IMG/VR virus record: IMGVR_UViG_3300027566_000003
Direction: 5' to 3' (one strand)
Origin: a virus
Taxonomy: Duplodnaviria; Caudoviricetes
DNA: 64,000 bases
The stretch's first letter is position 1. Each line of letters begins with the position of its first letter. Under the pieces are notes generated by a model. That model made no database searches. It was given only the letters and a program-made list of their open reading frames with translations, and was not told the DNA's origin. Positions 29,695-38,526 of the stretch are shown here, one piece after another. The position numbers were made by a program, and so were the translations under genes.

Positions 29695-29862
29695 ATAGTC
29701 AGGGTTAAATATCCATAAAACTAAATAAAAGGAGTGTTTACTTTTATGCTAATAAATATTATAGGTTTTACATAAGTAATATATAATTAATAAAGAATGA
29801 TATTCTTTTTAATTTTTCTTTTCTCATAAAAACTAATTAAAAATAGAAAGGATCTGTAAAAA

Positions 29863-30639
29863 TTGGCACATATAAAAATTAATGAATCTGTAAAAATTTC
29901 AGATAGGATCGGACAAATTGGGAAAAATAATTTTGGTAGTAAAATGATTATAACTAAATATAATAATACTGATGATATAAATGTATATTTCCCTAATAGT
30001 AATTATACTGCACATAATAGAGCATATAAAGATTTCTTAGAAGGAAAAATAAAATCATGGTATGATAAAGTAATCTTGGGGGTTGGTTATTTTGGAATAG
30101 GAAAATATAAAAGTTCTATAAATTATAAAGTAACTAATCAATATCGCTGTTGGTACAACATGCTACAAAGATGTTATGATAATAAATTACATAAAACGCA
30201 TCCCACATACATAGGATGTACCGTATGTGATGAATGGCATAACTTTCAGAACTTTGCTCAATGGTATGATCTAAACTTTTATCAAATAATAAATGAAGAA
30301 ATGCATTTAGACAAAGATATTCTAATAAAAGGTAATAAAGTTTATTCTCCTGAAACTTGTGTGTTTGTACCAGTTAGAATTAACGGATTATTTAAAACAA
30401 ATAATGTTAGTAATTTACCATTAGGAATATCTACATATTACAATAAATATCAAGCGTCTTGCTATAATGGTAATTCAACTACAAGATTAGGAATATTTGA
30501 AACTGTAGAAGAAGCGTTTATGGTTTACAAAGATTTTAAAGAAAATCTTATAAAACAAGTCGCCAATAAATACCAAAATAATATTCCTATAAATCTTTAT
30601 GAAGCAATGTATAGATATGAGGTAGAAATTAATGATTAA
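29863..30639 (+). CDS. HNH-type homing endonuclease with AP2-like C-terminus
   Basis: WYNMLQRCY, VCDEWHNFQNF, LDKDIL.KGNKVYSPETCVFVP, LGIF.T.EEAF. Confidence 0.85.
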   Translation: MAHIKINESVKISDRIGQIGKNNFGSKMIITKYNNTDDINVYFPNSNYTAHNRAYKDFLEGKIKSWYDKVILGVGYFGIGKYKSSINYKVTNQYRCWYNMLQRCYDNKLHKTHPTYIGCTVCDEWHNFQNFAQWYDLNFYQIINEEMHLDKDILIKGNKVYSPETCVFVPVRINGLFKTNNVSNLPLGISTYYNKYQASCYNGNSTTRLGIFETVEEAFMVYKDFKENLIKQVANKYQNNIPINLYEAMYRYEVEIND

Positions 30640-30668
30640 CCCAATAAATATAAATAAATATAAAATAT

Positions 30669-30697
30669 TTGACATTAAGTACACAATATTATAAAGT
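30669..30697 (+). promoter_or_regulatory. sigA promoter, copy 1 of TTGACATTAAGTACACA
   Basis: -35 TTGACA, 17 bp, TAAAGT; the 17-mer is identical at 35830. Confidence 0.65.
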
Positions 30698-30883
30698 CAG
30701 GGATACAGGGATAATTCTCTGGGAATACATTTGAAAGGAGGTGAGATAAATAATAAAAATAATACAAGCACAACTAAATATTATTGGGTTTATTTACATA
30801 GCTTATATAAGAATGAAAATAAAATTATTTAAAACAATCAATATCATGACAAATTAAATTCTAATCAAAGGTGGTAAAAACCA

Positions 30884-31087
30884 ATGCAAACAATAAACAC
30901 TAATCCATCTATAGATATTAAATCTCAAAAATTAGCAGGTTATCTTATGATGAGAGGATTTGTACTTAAAGGAATAAAACCAGATACCACCCAGAATACA
31001 AAAAGAAATATATTTCTATTTAACAATACATATGAATTAATTAACGCAATAAATGATTATAAATTAATTAAAAATATTAATAAATAA
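30884..31087 (+). CDS. small DUF5659-like putative DNA-binding protein
   Basis: SQKLAGYLMMRGF...NIFLF pattern (family recalled, not searched). Confidence 0.6.
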   Translation: MQTINTNPSIDIKSQKLAGYLMMRGFVLKGIKPDTTQNTKRNIFLFNNTYELINAINDYKLIKNINK

Positions 31088-31234
31088 TATAATAGAAATA
31101 AAATAGGAGTAAAATAATTATAATAAAATTAAATCATCCGATTTATCGGTGATTTACAATACTTAGTGTACTCTTATTATATTATTATTCTTTTCTTATT
31201 ATTATATTAGTATACTCTTATTACACTTATATGG

Positions 31235-31339
31235 AGTACCAAAATTGGTACTGTAATTCCAAACACACTTGTACTTACTGTACCCAACAGGTACACTAAG
31301 TCACTTTTACACTTCAAGTTACTGTACCTAACGGGAACA
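31235..31339. repeat. three GTACC-N5/6-GGTAC inverted repeats (iteron or operator array)
   Basis: AGTACCAA-AA-TTGGTACT at 31235; TGTACC-N5-GGTACA at 31279; TGTACC-N5-GGAACA at 31323. Confidence 0.7.
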
Positions 31340-31410
31340 GTTGCTAATACACTCCTATCTAATGCGTGTTTCAGGGTTTACCCTTAACAAATGAAAGAGG
31401 TTATTAACAA

Positions 31411-32784
31411 ATGAATGATAATAATTCCAATGATAATTGGATAATGATGCCTAATAACGTAGTTCAAAATATTACAGTTGATAAAATAAATAAAGATAGT
31501 TACATACAATTATTTGGTAAAAGATCAGTAGCATACCTTAAACAGCTATTAGAACTACAAAATCTCAGAGAAGATATTCATTTATCTATAGATATGATTA
31601 TGTGGTTATTAAATGTAGAAAATAATATCAAACGTGAAAGAATATATTTTAAAGATTTTTTATCTGAATTGAGTAAAAATTCATTAATTAGTTTGTATAA
31701 TGAAATTAATATCTTATCCTTAAATTCTAGTGATTTTATCATTATAAAACTAAACATATATGATTATAAAGAAGATAAAGATGGTAACAAATATAAAACA
31801 AATTTCTTTATACTTAAAGATTCTGAATACAATTCAATCATGTCTTATTCAGGAAATTTAGATAAATACAACTTACTTAATCTATTTTGTAATCTTAAAA
31901 GTAGAATGTGGAGAAATGATAATGATGTTTCTCCTGCTGAAAGAGTACCAGAAGTGGCATATCCTTCTTATGATACAATAATGAAAGATATATTTATAGA
32001 ATCTGATAAGACACTTAAACAATACATAGATACATTGGTTGAATTGGATCTTATTAGATATGATTGTGCAGGAGATATGATATTCAATATTAATGGAGCA
32101 CAACCTCTTAGAAGAAAATCTAATTTTACATATGCTTTATTTAAACCACAGTGGGAATTGGAGTTGGAACATGCAATATCTTTATTTAAAAGTAGGAAAA
32201 AAGCTAATGGATGGGAGTTCTTAACTAAAGATAAAGAAATATCTGCAAACGAGAAAAGGTCTGTGACACAAAAAATAAATATGTTAGAGAAATTATCTAT
32301 AGATTCTACATTGACTCAAACACAAAAGAAGGAATTAGCAAAATTAAAAAGACAGCAAGAAAAATGGAAAGTAGAATATGATAACGAAGTAGATATTAGA
32401 AAACTTGAAGAAGATAAATTATTAGCAGATAACCCTAATCAAGAATTATCCGAGATATATACAAATATGGGATGTGAAAGAAAAGCAGATAGGGCATCTG
32501 AAGATGAGGAAAAAAGAATTGAAGAATTAAACAAACCTAAACCCAGAGGACTTCAGAATAAGAATCCTAAACCACTACCCTTACCAGAAATAAGTGATGA
32601 AGATTTAGATATGTTTGATTGTGATTGGAATAATGAAGAAAATGATTATTGGGATATTAATGAACTTACAGATGAAGAACAAAAATCATTACAAGAAATA
32701 GAAGAATTAAATCGGTCACAAATACCTATAGATGTATTACAACAAATTGAGGATGAATTGAATGAAAGAAATGAGGATAAATGA
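31411..32784 (+). CDS. putative replication initiator (winged-helix) with acidic tail
   Basis: YPSYDTIMKDIFIESDKTLKQYIDTLVELDLI wHTH; upstream repeats; neighbours ParB and helicase genes. Confidence 0.55.
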   Translation: MNDNNSNDNWIMMPNNVVQNITVDKINKDSYIQLFGKRSVAYLKQLLELQNLREDIHLSIDMIMWLLNVENNIKRERIYFKDFLSELSKNSLISLYNEINILSLNSSDFIIIKLNIYDYKEDKDGNKYKTNFFILKDSEYNSIMSYSGNLDKYNLLNLFCNLKSRMWRNDNDVSPAERVPEVAYPSYDTIMKDIFIESDKTLKQYIDTLVELDLIRYDCAGDMIFNINGAQPLRRKSNFTYALFKPQWELELEHAISLFKSRKKANGWEFLTKDKEISANEKRSVTQKINMLEKLSIDSTLTQTQKKELAKLKRQQEKWKVEYDNEVDIRKLEEDKLLADNPNQELSEIYTNMGCERKADRASEDEEKRIEELNKPKPRGLQNKNPKPLPLPEISDEDLDMFDCDWNNEENDYWDINELTDEEQKSLQEIEELNRSQIPIDVLQQIEDELNERNEDK

Positions 32785-32795
32785 TAAAATAAATA

Positions 32796-32825
32796 TTGAC
32801 ATATATGTTATAAATGATATATACT
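32796..32825 (+). promoter_or_regulatory. sigA promoter
   Basis: TTGACA-18-TATACT. Confidence 0.6.
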
Positions 32826-32948
32826 ACATATGGAGAAAATTCTTAAGAAAGGTTGGAATAATTTTGAGCGGATTTACATAACTAAACTCATTTTAAAGCC
32901 ACATATAAATATGAAAATAAAATATAATTAAAAGGAGAAGAAAAATAA

Positions 32949-33983
32949 ATGGAACAAATAACAAAACTATCAGTAAATTCTCTAAAGGTTCACCCAAGAA
33001 ATCTAGAATTCTTTGATGATATTGAAGGTGATACATATAAACAATTTAAAAAGTCCATTCAAGAAGATGGTATTATTACCCCTATTGTAGTAGCACCTGA
33101 CATGGTAATAGTATCTGGCAACCAAAGATATAAAGCATGTGTTGACTTAGGTATAGAATTAATTCCTGCAATTATTAGGGAAGAACTTATTAATGAGGAT
33201 TTAAAACTTAGGCAATTAATAGCAGCTAACTTTGGTAGATTAAGTAATGATCCTGCCAAGATGAGGAAAGCTGTTGCTGAGTATGTTGATTTAGTTGGGA
33301 ATAAGAATGGAGGTGATAGAAAATCAGAATATCAAGATGATACTCTGAAAACACATAAAGAAATAGCAAAAGAATTAAATATATCTGTTCGTGATCTACA
33401 AAATATTCTATCGCTTGAACGAAACCTTATTCCAGAACTTAAACAAGCATTAGATAAAGGATTTATATCTAAAACAGCAGCACTAGGTATCTGTTCAAAA
33501 TTAGATCCATCAGAACAACAATCTCTACTCACAGAACTTACTTCTCTTTTAGGAGATAAAGCAAATACCAATCCTCAAAAAGATAAAGTATCAGCAACCA
33601 ACACTGATATTCAAAAACTTACTGAAGAGATAAAACCAATTAAGACAAACAAAAAAGATTATAGAAAATCAATTCCTCAGACTACAATTAAACATTTAAT
33701 AAATAAAACTAATGGAAAATGTGAAATTTGTCATTGGGGAGGAATAGGACTTGAAGGAATATTGATTCCACATCATATACATAAATATGCCGACACAGAA
33801 GATAATTCTATTGAAAATTTAATATTGATTTGTCCTAATTGTCACAATACTATACATACATTAGAAAATTGTAAAGATGAAAGAATGATTGAAATAATTA
33901 TAAGTAATATCGATTTAAAAATTAAAAATGATTTATTATATTATTGTAATATATTAAATAATAAATTAGAAAAAGTAATATAA
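32949..33983 (+). CDS. ParB/Srx-domain protein fused to C-terminal HNH endonuclease
   Basis: LKVHPRN, ITPIVV...GNQRYKA, HTH; CEIC...HHI...NLILICPNCH. Confidence 0.85.
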   Translation: MEQITKLSVNSLKVHPRNLEFFDDIEGDTYKQFKKSIQEDGIITPIVVAPDMVIVSGNQRYKACVDLGIELIPAIIREELINEDLKLRQLIAANFGRLSNDPAKMRKAVAEYVDLVGNKNGGDRKSEYQDDTLKTHKEIAKELNISVRDLQNILSLERNLIPELKQALDKGFISKTAALGICSKLDPSEQQSLLTELTSLLGDKANTNPQKDKVSATNTDIQKLTEEIKPIKTNKKDYRKSIPQTTIKHLINKTNGKCEICHWGGIGLEGILIPHHIHKYADTEDNSIENLILICPNCHNTIHTLENCKDERMIEIIISNIDLKIKNDLLYYCNILNNKLEKVI

Positions 33984-34013
33984 TAACCATAATAATATTA
34001 AGGAGAAAAATAA

Positions 34014-35798
34014 ATGAAAAAAGCATATGATGAAAACCACAAACTTATAGATATTATTGAGTCCCAATCCACATCAACATACACATGCCCTGTCTGTAAA
34101 GAAGTATTAACCCGTAACTTTGGTGCTCAAAGACAATTCTATTCACACCCTCCTAACGTTGACGCAACAAATTGTGAAATAAAAATGAAACTAATAATCA
34201 AAGAAGATAAATCTATCTTCCAACAATCTGATACAGATATTTTATCTACAGAGTTTTATAGTAAACAATTTGATGATGTAGAAGTAGAAATGTCTGATTA
34301 TATGTCAGAAGATGACTATTATTTAACTCAGGAGCAAAAGGATATTATCTTTAGTACAGAGGATAGGGTTAAGGTATCAGCTCTTACAGGGAGTAGTAAA
34401 TCTACGACCCTATATTACTATAGCAAAGAACACCCTTTCAGTAAAATTCTCTACCTAGTATATAACAAATCAATGCAATTAGAAAGTGAAAAAATGTTTA
34501 AATCACAACGACACGTAGAAATACGTACTATACATTCGCTCGGCTATAATTATTCTGGAAAATTCTATAGAGATAAATTGACATTTAATTATGGTGTTGT
34601 AGATATTATTAAAGATTTAAATCTTAATTGGGACAAAGATATGGAACTTGCAGTTAAGATCAACGCAATGATGAAGGAATACTCACTGTCGTCAGCAGAA
34701 ACTTTTAGTGACTTAGAAATATTTAAAGAAGATGATATGAGAGGTAAAATATTAGCATTAAGTGAAAGATTATGGGAACTTAAAAAGAAATATAAGAATT
34801 CTGTCAAAATTAGTCACGATGATTATTTGAAGATGTTTCATTTAAGTCGCACAGATTTATCAAACAAATATGATATTATTATGCTTGATGAATGTCAAGA
34901 TTCTTCTAAAATGATGTTTGATATACTTAAAAACTCTAATGTTAAAGGTCTTGTGACTGTAGGAGATCCTTATCAAAAAATTAATGGATGGAAAAAAGCG
35001 GTAAATATTATGCCAATGTTTGATGCTAAAGAATATAAACTCACAACATCATTTAGAGTATCTAATAATATTGCACATATAGAAAACCTAATCATATCAG
35101 ATTTCATTGGTGACAATATTAAAATGAAAGGATTTAATACCAAGCAAACAATAGTAGATGCTATAGATAAATCAAAACCTTATGCCTGTTTATGTAGAAC
35201 TAATGCTTACATATTTGCAGAAATTGCTGAAGTATTAAGCGAAGATAAAAATAAAAAGCTTTTCTTTGTTGGAGGTTTTTCATCTTATTCATTTGATTCA
35301 CTTAAACAATGCTATTATTTCAGCCAAGGTCATCCTACAAAGAATAAATTATTTGCTAAGTTTGAAGACTACCATACTATGAAAACGTATGCGGAGGAAA
35401 TTGAAGAAATTGAACTTTTATCATTGATTAGAATGGTAGATAAATATGGTTCACGTATTATTGATATTGTAGATGGAATTAAAAATAATACTGTTACAGA
35501 TAAAAATAAAGCTGATATTATATTTTCGACATGTCACAAGGCGAAAGGTCTTACTATAGACACTCCTGTTTATATTAGTAATGATCATCTAGATTTAGAA
35601 GTTACTTATAGAAATAAATATTTTAAAAAAGAAGAGGATTTTAATGATAAAAAGAAGGTTAAAAAAGATATATCAGAGGAAATTTTTATCATATATGTTG
35701 CAATAAGTCGTTGTAAGGGTCAAATAGAACTCAGCGATAGTATTAAACGATATTTACTAATGAGATATAAAGACATGGGACACGAATTACATAATTAA
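34014..35798 (+). CDS. UvrD/Rep (FBH1-like) SF1 helicase with N-terminal Zn finger
   Basis: ALTGSSKST, LDECQD, VGDPYQKI, LTTSFR, TCHKAKG, YVAISR. Confidence 0.85.
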   Translation: MKKAYDENHKLIDIIESQSTSTYTCPVCKEVLTRNFGAQRQFYSHPPNVDATNCEIKMKLIIKEDKSIFQQSDTDILSTEFYSKQFDDVEVEMSDYMSEDDYYLTQEQKDIIFSTEDRVKVSALTGSSKSTTLYYYSKEHPFSKILYLVYNKSMQLESEKMFKSQRHVEIRTIHSLGYNYSGKFYRDKLTFNYGVVDIIKDLNLNWDKDMELAVKINAMMKEYSLSSAETFSDLEIFKEDDMRGKILALSERLWELKKKYKNSVKISHDDYLKMFHLSRTDLSNKYDIIMLDECQDSSKMMFDILKNSNVKGLVTVGDPYQKINGWKKAVNIMPMFDAKEYKLTTSFRVSNNIAHIENLIISDFIGDNIKMKGFNTKQTIVDAIDKSKPYACLCRTNAYIFAEIAEVLSEDKNKKLFFVGGFSSYSFDSLKQCYYFSQGHPTKNKLFAKFEDYHTMKTYAEEIEEIELLSLIRMVDKYGSRIIDIVDGIKNNTVTDKNKADIIFSTCHKAKGLTIDTPVYISNDHLDLEVTYRNKYFKKEEDFNDKKKVKKDISEEIFIIYVAISRCKGQIELSDSIKRYLLMRYKDMGHELHN

Positions 35799-35829
35799 TC
35801 TCCTATAAGTACAAAAATAAAATATTTTC

Positions 35830-35858
35830 TTGACATTAAGTACACAGAATGTTAAATT
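35830..35858 (+). promoter_or_regulatory. sigA promoter, copy 2 of TTGACATTAAGTACACA
   Basis: TTGACA-17-TAAATT with upstream TG. Confidence 0.65.
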
Positions 35859-35995
35859 AGATATATACCAATCCAATCCAAATACCACATCACATACACA
35901 GATAAGGGACGGGGTATGTTTACAATTCATACCCACACAAACAATCATACCTATCCCCTACTCTAAATTTTACATAGAAAAGAGGTGATGAAAAT

Positions 35996-36268
35996 ATGAT
36001 TACTGCCCAAGAAAAAGGATATCAAATTACTTATAATGTTGAAAATGAACAATGGATCTATGTTGACACTAAAGAACCTGTAGAAAATAATCCAAGACCA
36101 TGTAAAAGATGTGGACAATTACCAACTAAAGAAGGTTATGATGCTTGTTTAGGTAAATTACCAGGAGTTAAAAATGCTTGTTGTGGTCACGGGTATGAAG
36201 ATGGATATATAATGTTTGAGGATGGTACTACAATTAGAGGTAATTTTAAAGTTGATAAGAAAAGATAA
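35996..36268 (+). CDS. Cys-rich phage protein
   Basis: RPCKRCG...DACLG.LPGVKNACCGHG. Confidence 0.7.
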   Translation: MITAQEKGYQITYNVENEQWIYVDTKEPVENNPRPCKRCGQLPTKEGYDACLGKLPGVKNACCGHGYEDGYIMFEDGTTIRGNFKVDKKR

Positions 36269-36296
36269 TTAAAATAATAAAAGAGGTGAAAATAAA

Positions 36297-36698
36297 ATTT
36301 ACAAATACATTGGAACTTATTACATAGAACATCAGACCAATTTAGATGGTAAAATATCAAAAAATAAAGATGATAATTACCTTAAATTCAAAAACAATCA
36401 AATATATCGTTATTCTGATTCTATATTAGCAATGTTTCTTCCATCTGGAGCAAGTACAGTAAATAATCTAATGCCAAAATTTGAATCAGCAGGTATAAAA
36501 GTATGGGAATATATTAGTAGCGAAGTTTGTGAAGAAGCGGTTCTTTTGTTTAATGAAGAAAATATACATAATGTACATAAAATCGTTAAAATTCAAACTA
36601 TGGGTAGTAATCAGCAACTTAAAGATTATAAATTAAAATTAAAAGCGGATAAACTAAAAGCAAAACTTAAAGAAGAATTTGATAAAGGTAAAAAATAA
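36297..36698 (+). CDS. hypothetical phage protein (probable ATT start at 36297)
   Basis: Frame open 45 codons upstream of the ATG at 36432; GAGGTG SD 8 nt before the ATT. Confidence 0.6.
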   Translation: MYKYIGTYYIEHQTNLDGKISKNKDDNYLKFKNNQIYRYSDSILAMFLPSGASTVNNLMPKFESAGIKVWEYISSEVCEEAVLLFNEENIHNVHKIVKIQTMGSNQQLKDYKLKLKADKLKAKLKEEFDKGKK

Positions 36699-36986
36699 AT
36701 ATAACTAAAATGTAAGATATATAACAAATCAATAATTATAGACCCTATAATCTTTTGATGTTTTGATTTGACACAATCTTACCATTGACTAATTTAAACT
36801 CAACCTAGACTGAAATATATGCAATGTGTAATAATTCTAAATAACACGTATTCCCACTCTCATAAGGGTTTCAAGGTTTTATTAGAATTATTATAAATAA
36901 TCAATTTTCTTTAACTTAACCCTAATATTTTCTTAGATTTTGTATAAGAATAAAAATAAAATAATAAATAGAAAGAGGTTTTACAA

Positions 36987-37406
36987 ATGCAATCAATTTT
37001 GTTAAAAGGTCAAGTTATTTTAGATGAGAATGATTTATCAAGAATGAATTATCTTATCCACTGTCCTAGTACAAATAAAGAAGTGTCACTTACAGATATA
37101 TTAGATATAATTTACAATTCTAAAAATGCTATTAAGAAATTAGTAAGAATTTGCGGTAAGGTTTGTGTCAATGGGCATTCAATAAGCAGAATTAAAGAAT
37201 TAAATGGGTTTGAAGGTTTATACATAAAAGAGGATAAATATCATACACAATCTTATCATATTGGTAACTTTCCTGTTGAAAATGAGTTGTTTGAGTTAAT
37301 TGGAGAAGAAATTGAATTGATACTGGAAGATTACACAAATTCTATTAGTGAGTTTATTACAGCTTCGGAGGACGTTACAGATGACACAGCAACAAAGACA
37401 GCATAA
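36987..37406 (+). CDS. hypothetical phage protein
   Basis: ORF with SD. Confidence 0.7.
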   Translation: MQSILLKGQVILDENDLSRMNYLIHCPSTNKEVSLTDILDIIYNSKNAIKKLVRICGKVCVNGHSISRIKELNGFEGLYIKEDKYHTQSYHIGNFPVENELFELIGEEIELILEDYTNSISEFITASEDVTDDTATKTA

Positions 37407-37590
37407 TATTTCAGCAGTTTGTGATAATAGTAATAATATAGAATTAGATTATGTAGAAGAGGAATGTTCTTCGTGCTATAAACATATGACAAATATAAAG
37501 TACATATATGTTGATTTAGATTCGGGTAACTATTTATGTAAGTCGTGTTCAAAGGATTATAATAATGTTGTAAAATGTATGGATCTATAG
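37381..37590 (+). CDS. small Zn-finger protein
   Basis: CSSC...CKSC; GGAGG SD before the ATG at 37381. Confidence 0.6.
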   Translation: MTQQQRQHNISAVCDNSNNIELDYVEEECSSCYKHMTNIKYIYVDLDSGNYLCKSCSKDYNNVVKCMDL

Positions 37591-37602
37591 GAGAAAATAA
37601 TA

Positions 37603-37863
37603 ATGAAAAGTAACTGCTTATTAGGAGCAATGAAGCAATATATAAAACACCCATTGAGTACAAAGATACATATGCGTGGTTCATGGTTAGAAGTATTTCA
37701 ATTTAAATGGCCTCATTTTTATTGGTTGGATTTGAGAGATAATAATAATTATTATCATTTTTGTGCTAGGTATTCAGATGAACCATTTGTAAATCAGATT
37801 TGGTTTCAGGGTGAGGTTAAGAGGTTTGGTTGGCATGGTAAGAGTAAAAGAAAGGAGATGTAA
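37603..37863 (+). CDS. hypothetical phage protein
   Basis: ORF with SD. Confidence 0.65.
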   Translation: MKSNCLLGAMKQYIKHPLSTKIHMRGSWLEVFQFKWPHFYWLDLRDNNNYYHFCARYSDEPFVNQIWFQGEVKRFGWHGKSKRKEM

Positions 37864-38085
37864 ACTGTATTATGAATCAAGTTATTATATTAAAGTGGCA
37901 TATTATACCATTAGATAAATGTGATGATGTTAGGATTGGGCAAATGTATTGTATGAAAAATTGCGAGAAAAGTCCAAATTAGAATAATAGTTAAAAGATC
38001 AATTTTATATGGTTATTGGGAGAGTTTTGTACTCTCCTACCCCTGTTTAGTTTAGATAATAATATAATAAGGAGTAATATAATAT

Positions 38086-38526
38086 ATGCTTTTATGTTTA
38101 AATTGCTATAAAGTTTATAACCAAAAGACAATAAAGAATAACATGTGTAAGGTTAAAGATTGCTACGGAGATGTTGTAGAAGTTGATGAATTATTTGTAC
38201 CAATTATTGCAGAGTTGAATAGAAAAGGTTATGAGACTAGATACTGTTGTAGCGGTCATGTTGCTGGAAATGGTGGTTTGCATAGTTATATATACTTTGA
38301 AGATTATACTTCTCTTCCTTGCTTGCCTGAAGGATATAAGCATGATCAAGATATGTATCCTCATATTAAATTCGATGAAGGAAAAGTTTCAATTCTAAGA
38401 TATTTTGATGAAAAATTAAGTCTTATGGAGTTGAGTAAACAACTTTATAAAAACGCAATTGTTGTGTTGGAATGGGTAGAGGGTTTAGAAGAGTATAATA
38501 AGAAAGACGGAGGAATAATTAATTGA
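38086..38526 (+). CDS. hypothetical phage protein (LNxKGYxTxxCCSGH motif)
   Basis: ORF with SD. Confidence 0.7.
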   Translation: MLLCLNCYKVYNQKTIKNNMCKVKDCYGDVVEVDELFVPIIAELNRKGYETRYCCSGHVAGNGGLHSYIYFEDYTSLPCLPEGYKHDQDMYPHIKFDEGKVSILRYFDEKLSLMELSKQLYKNAIVVLEWVEGLEEYNKKDGGIIN

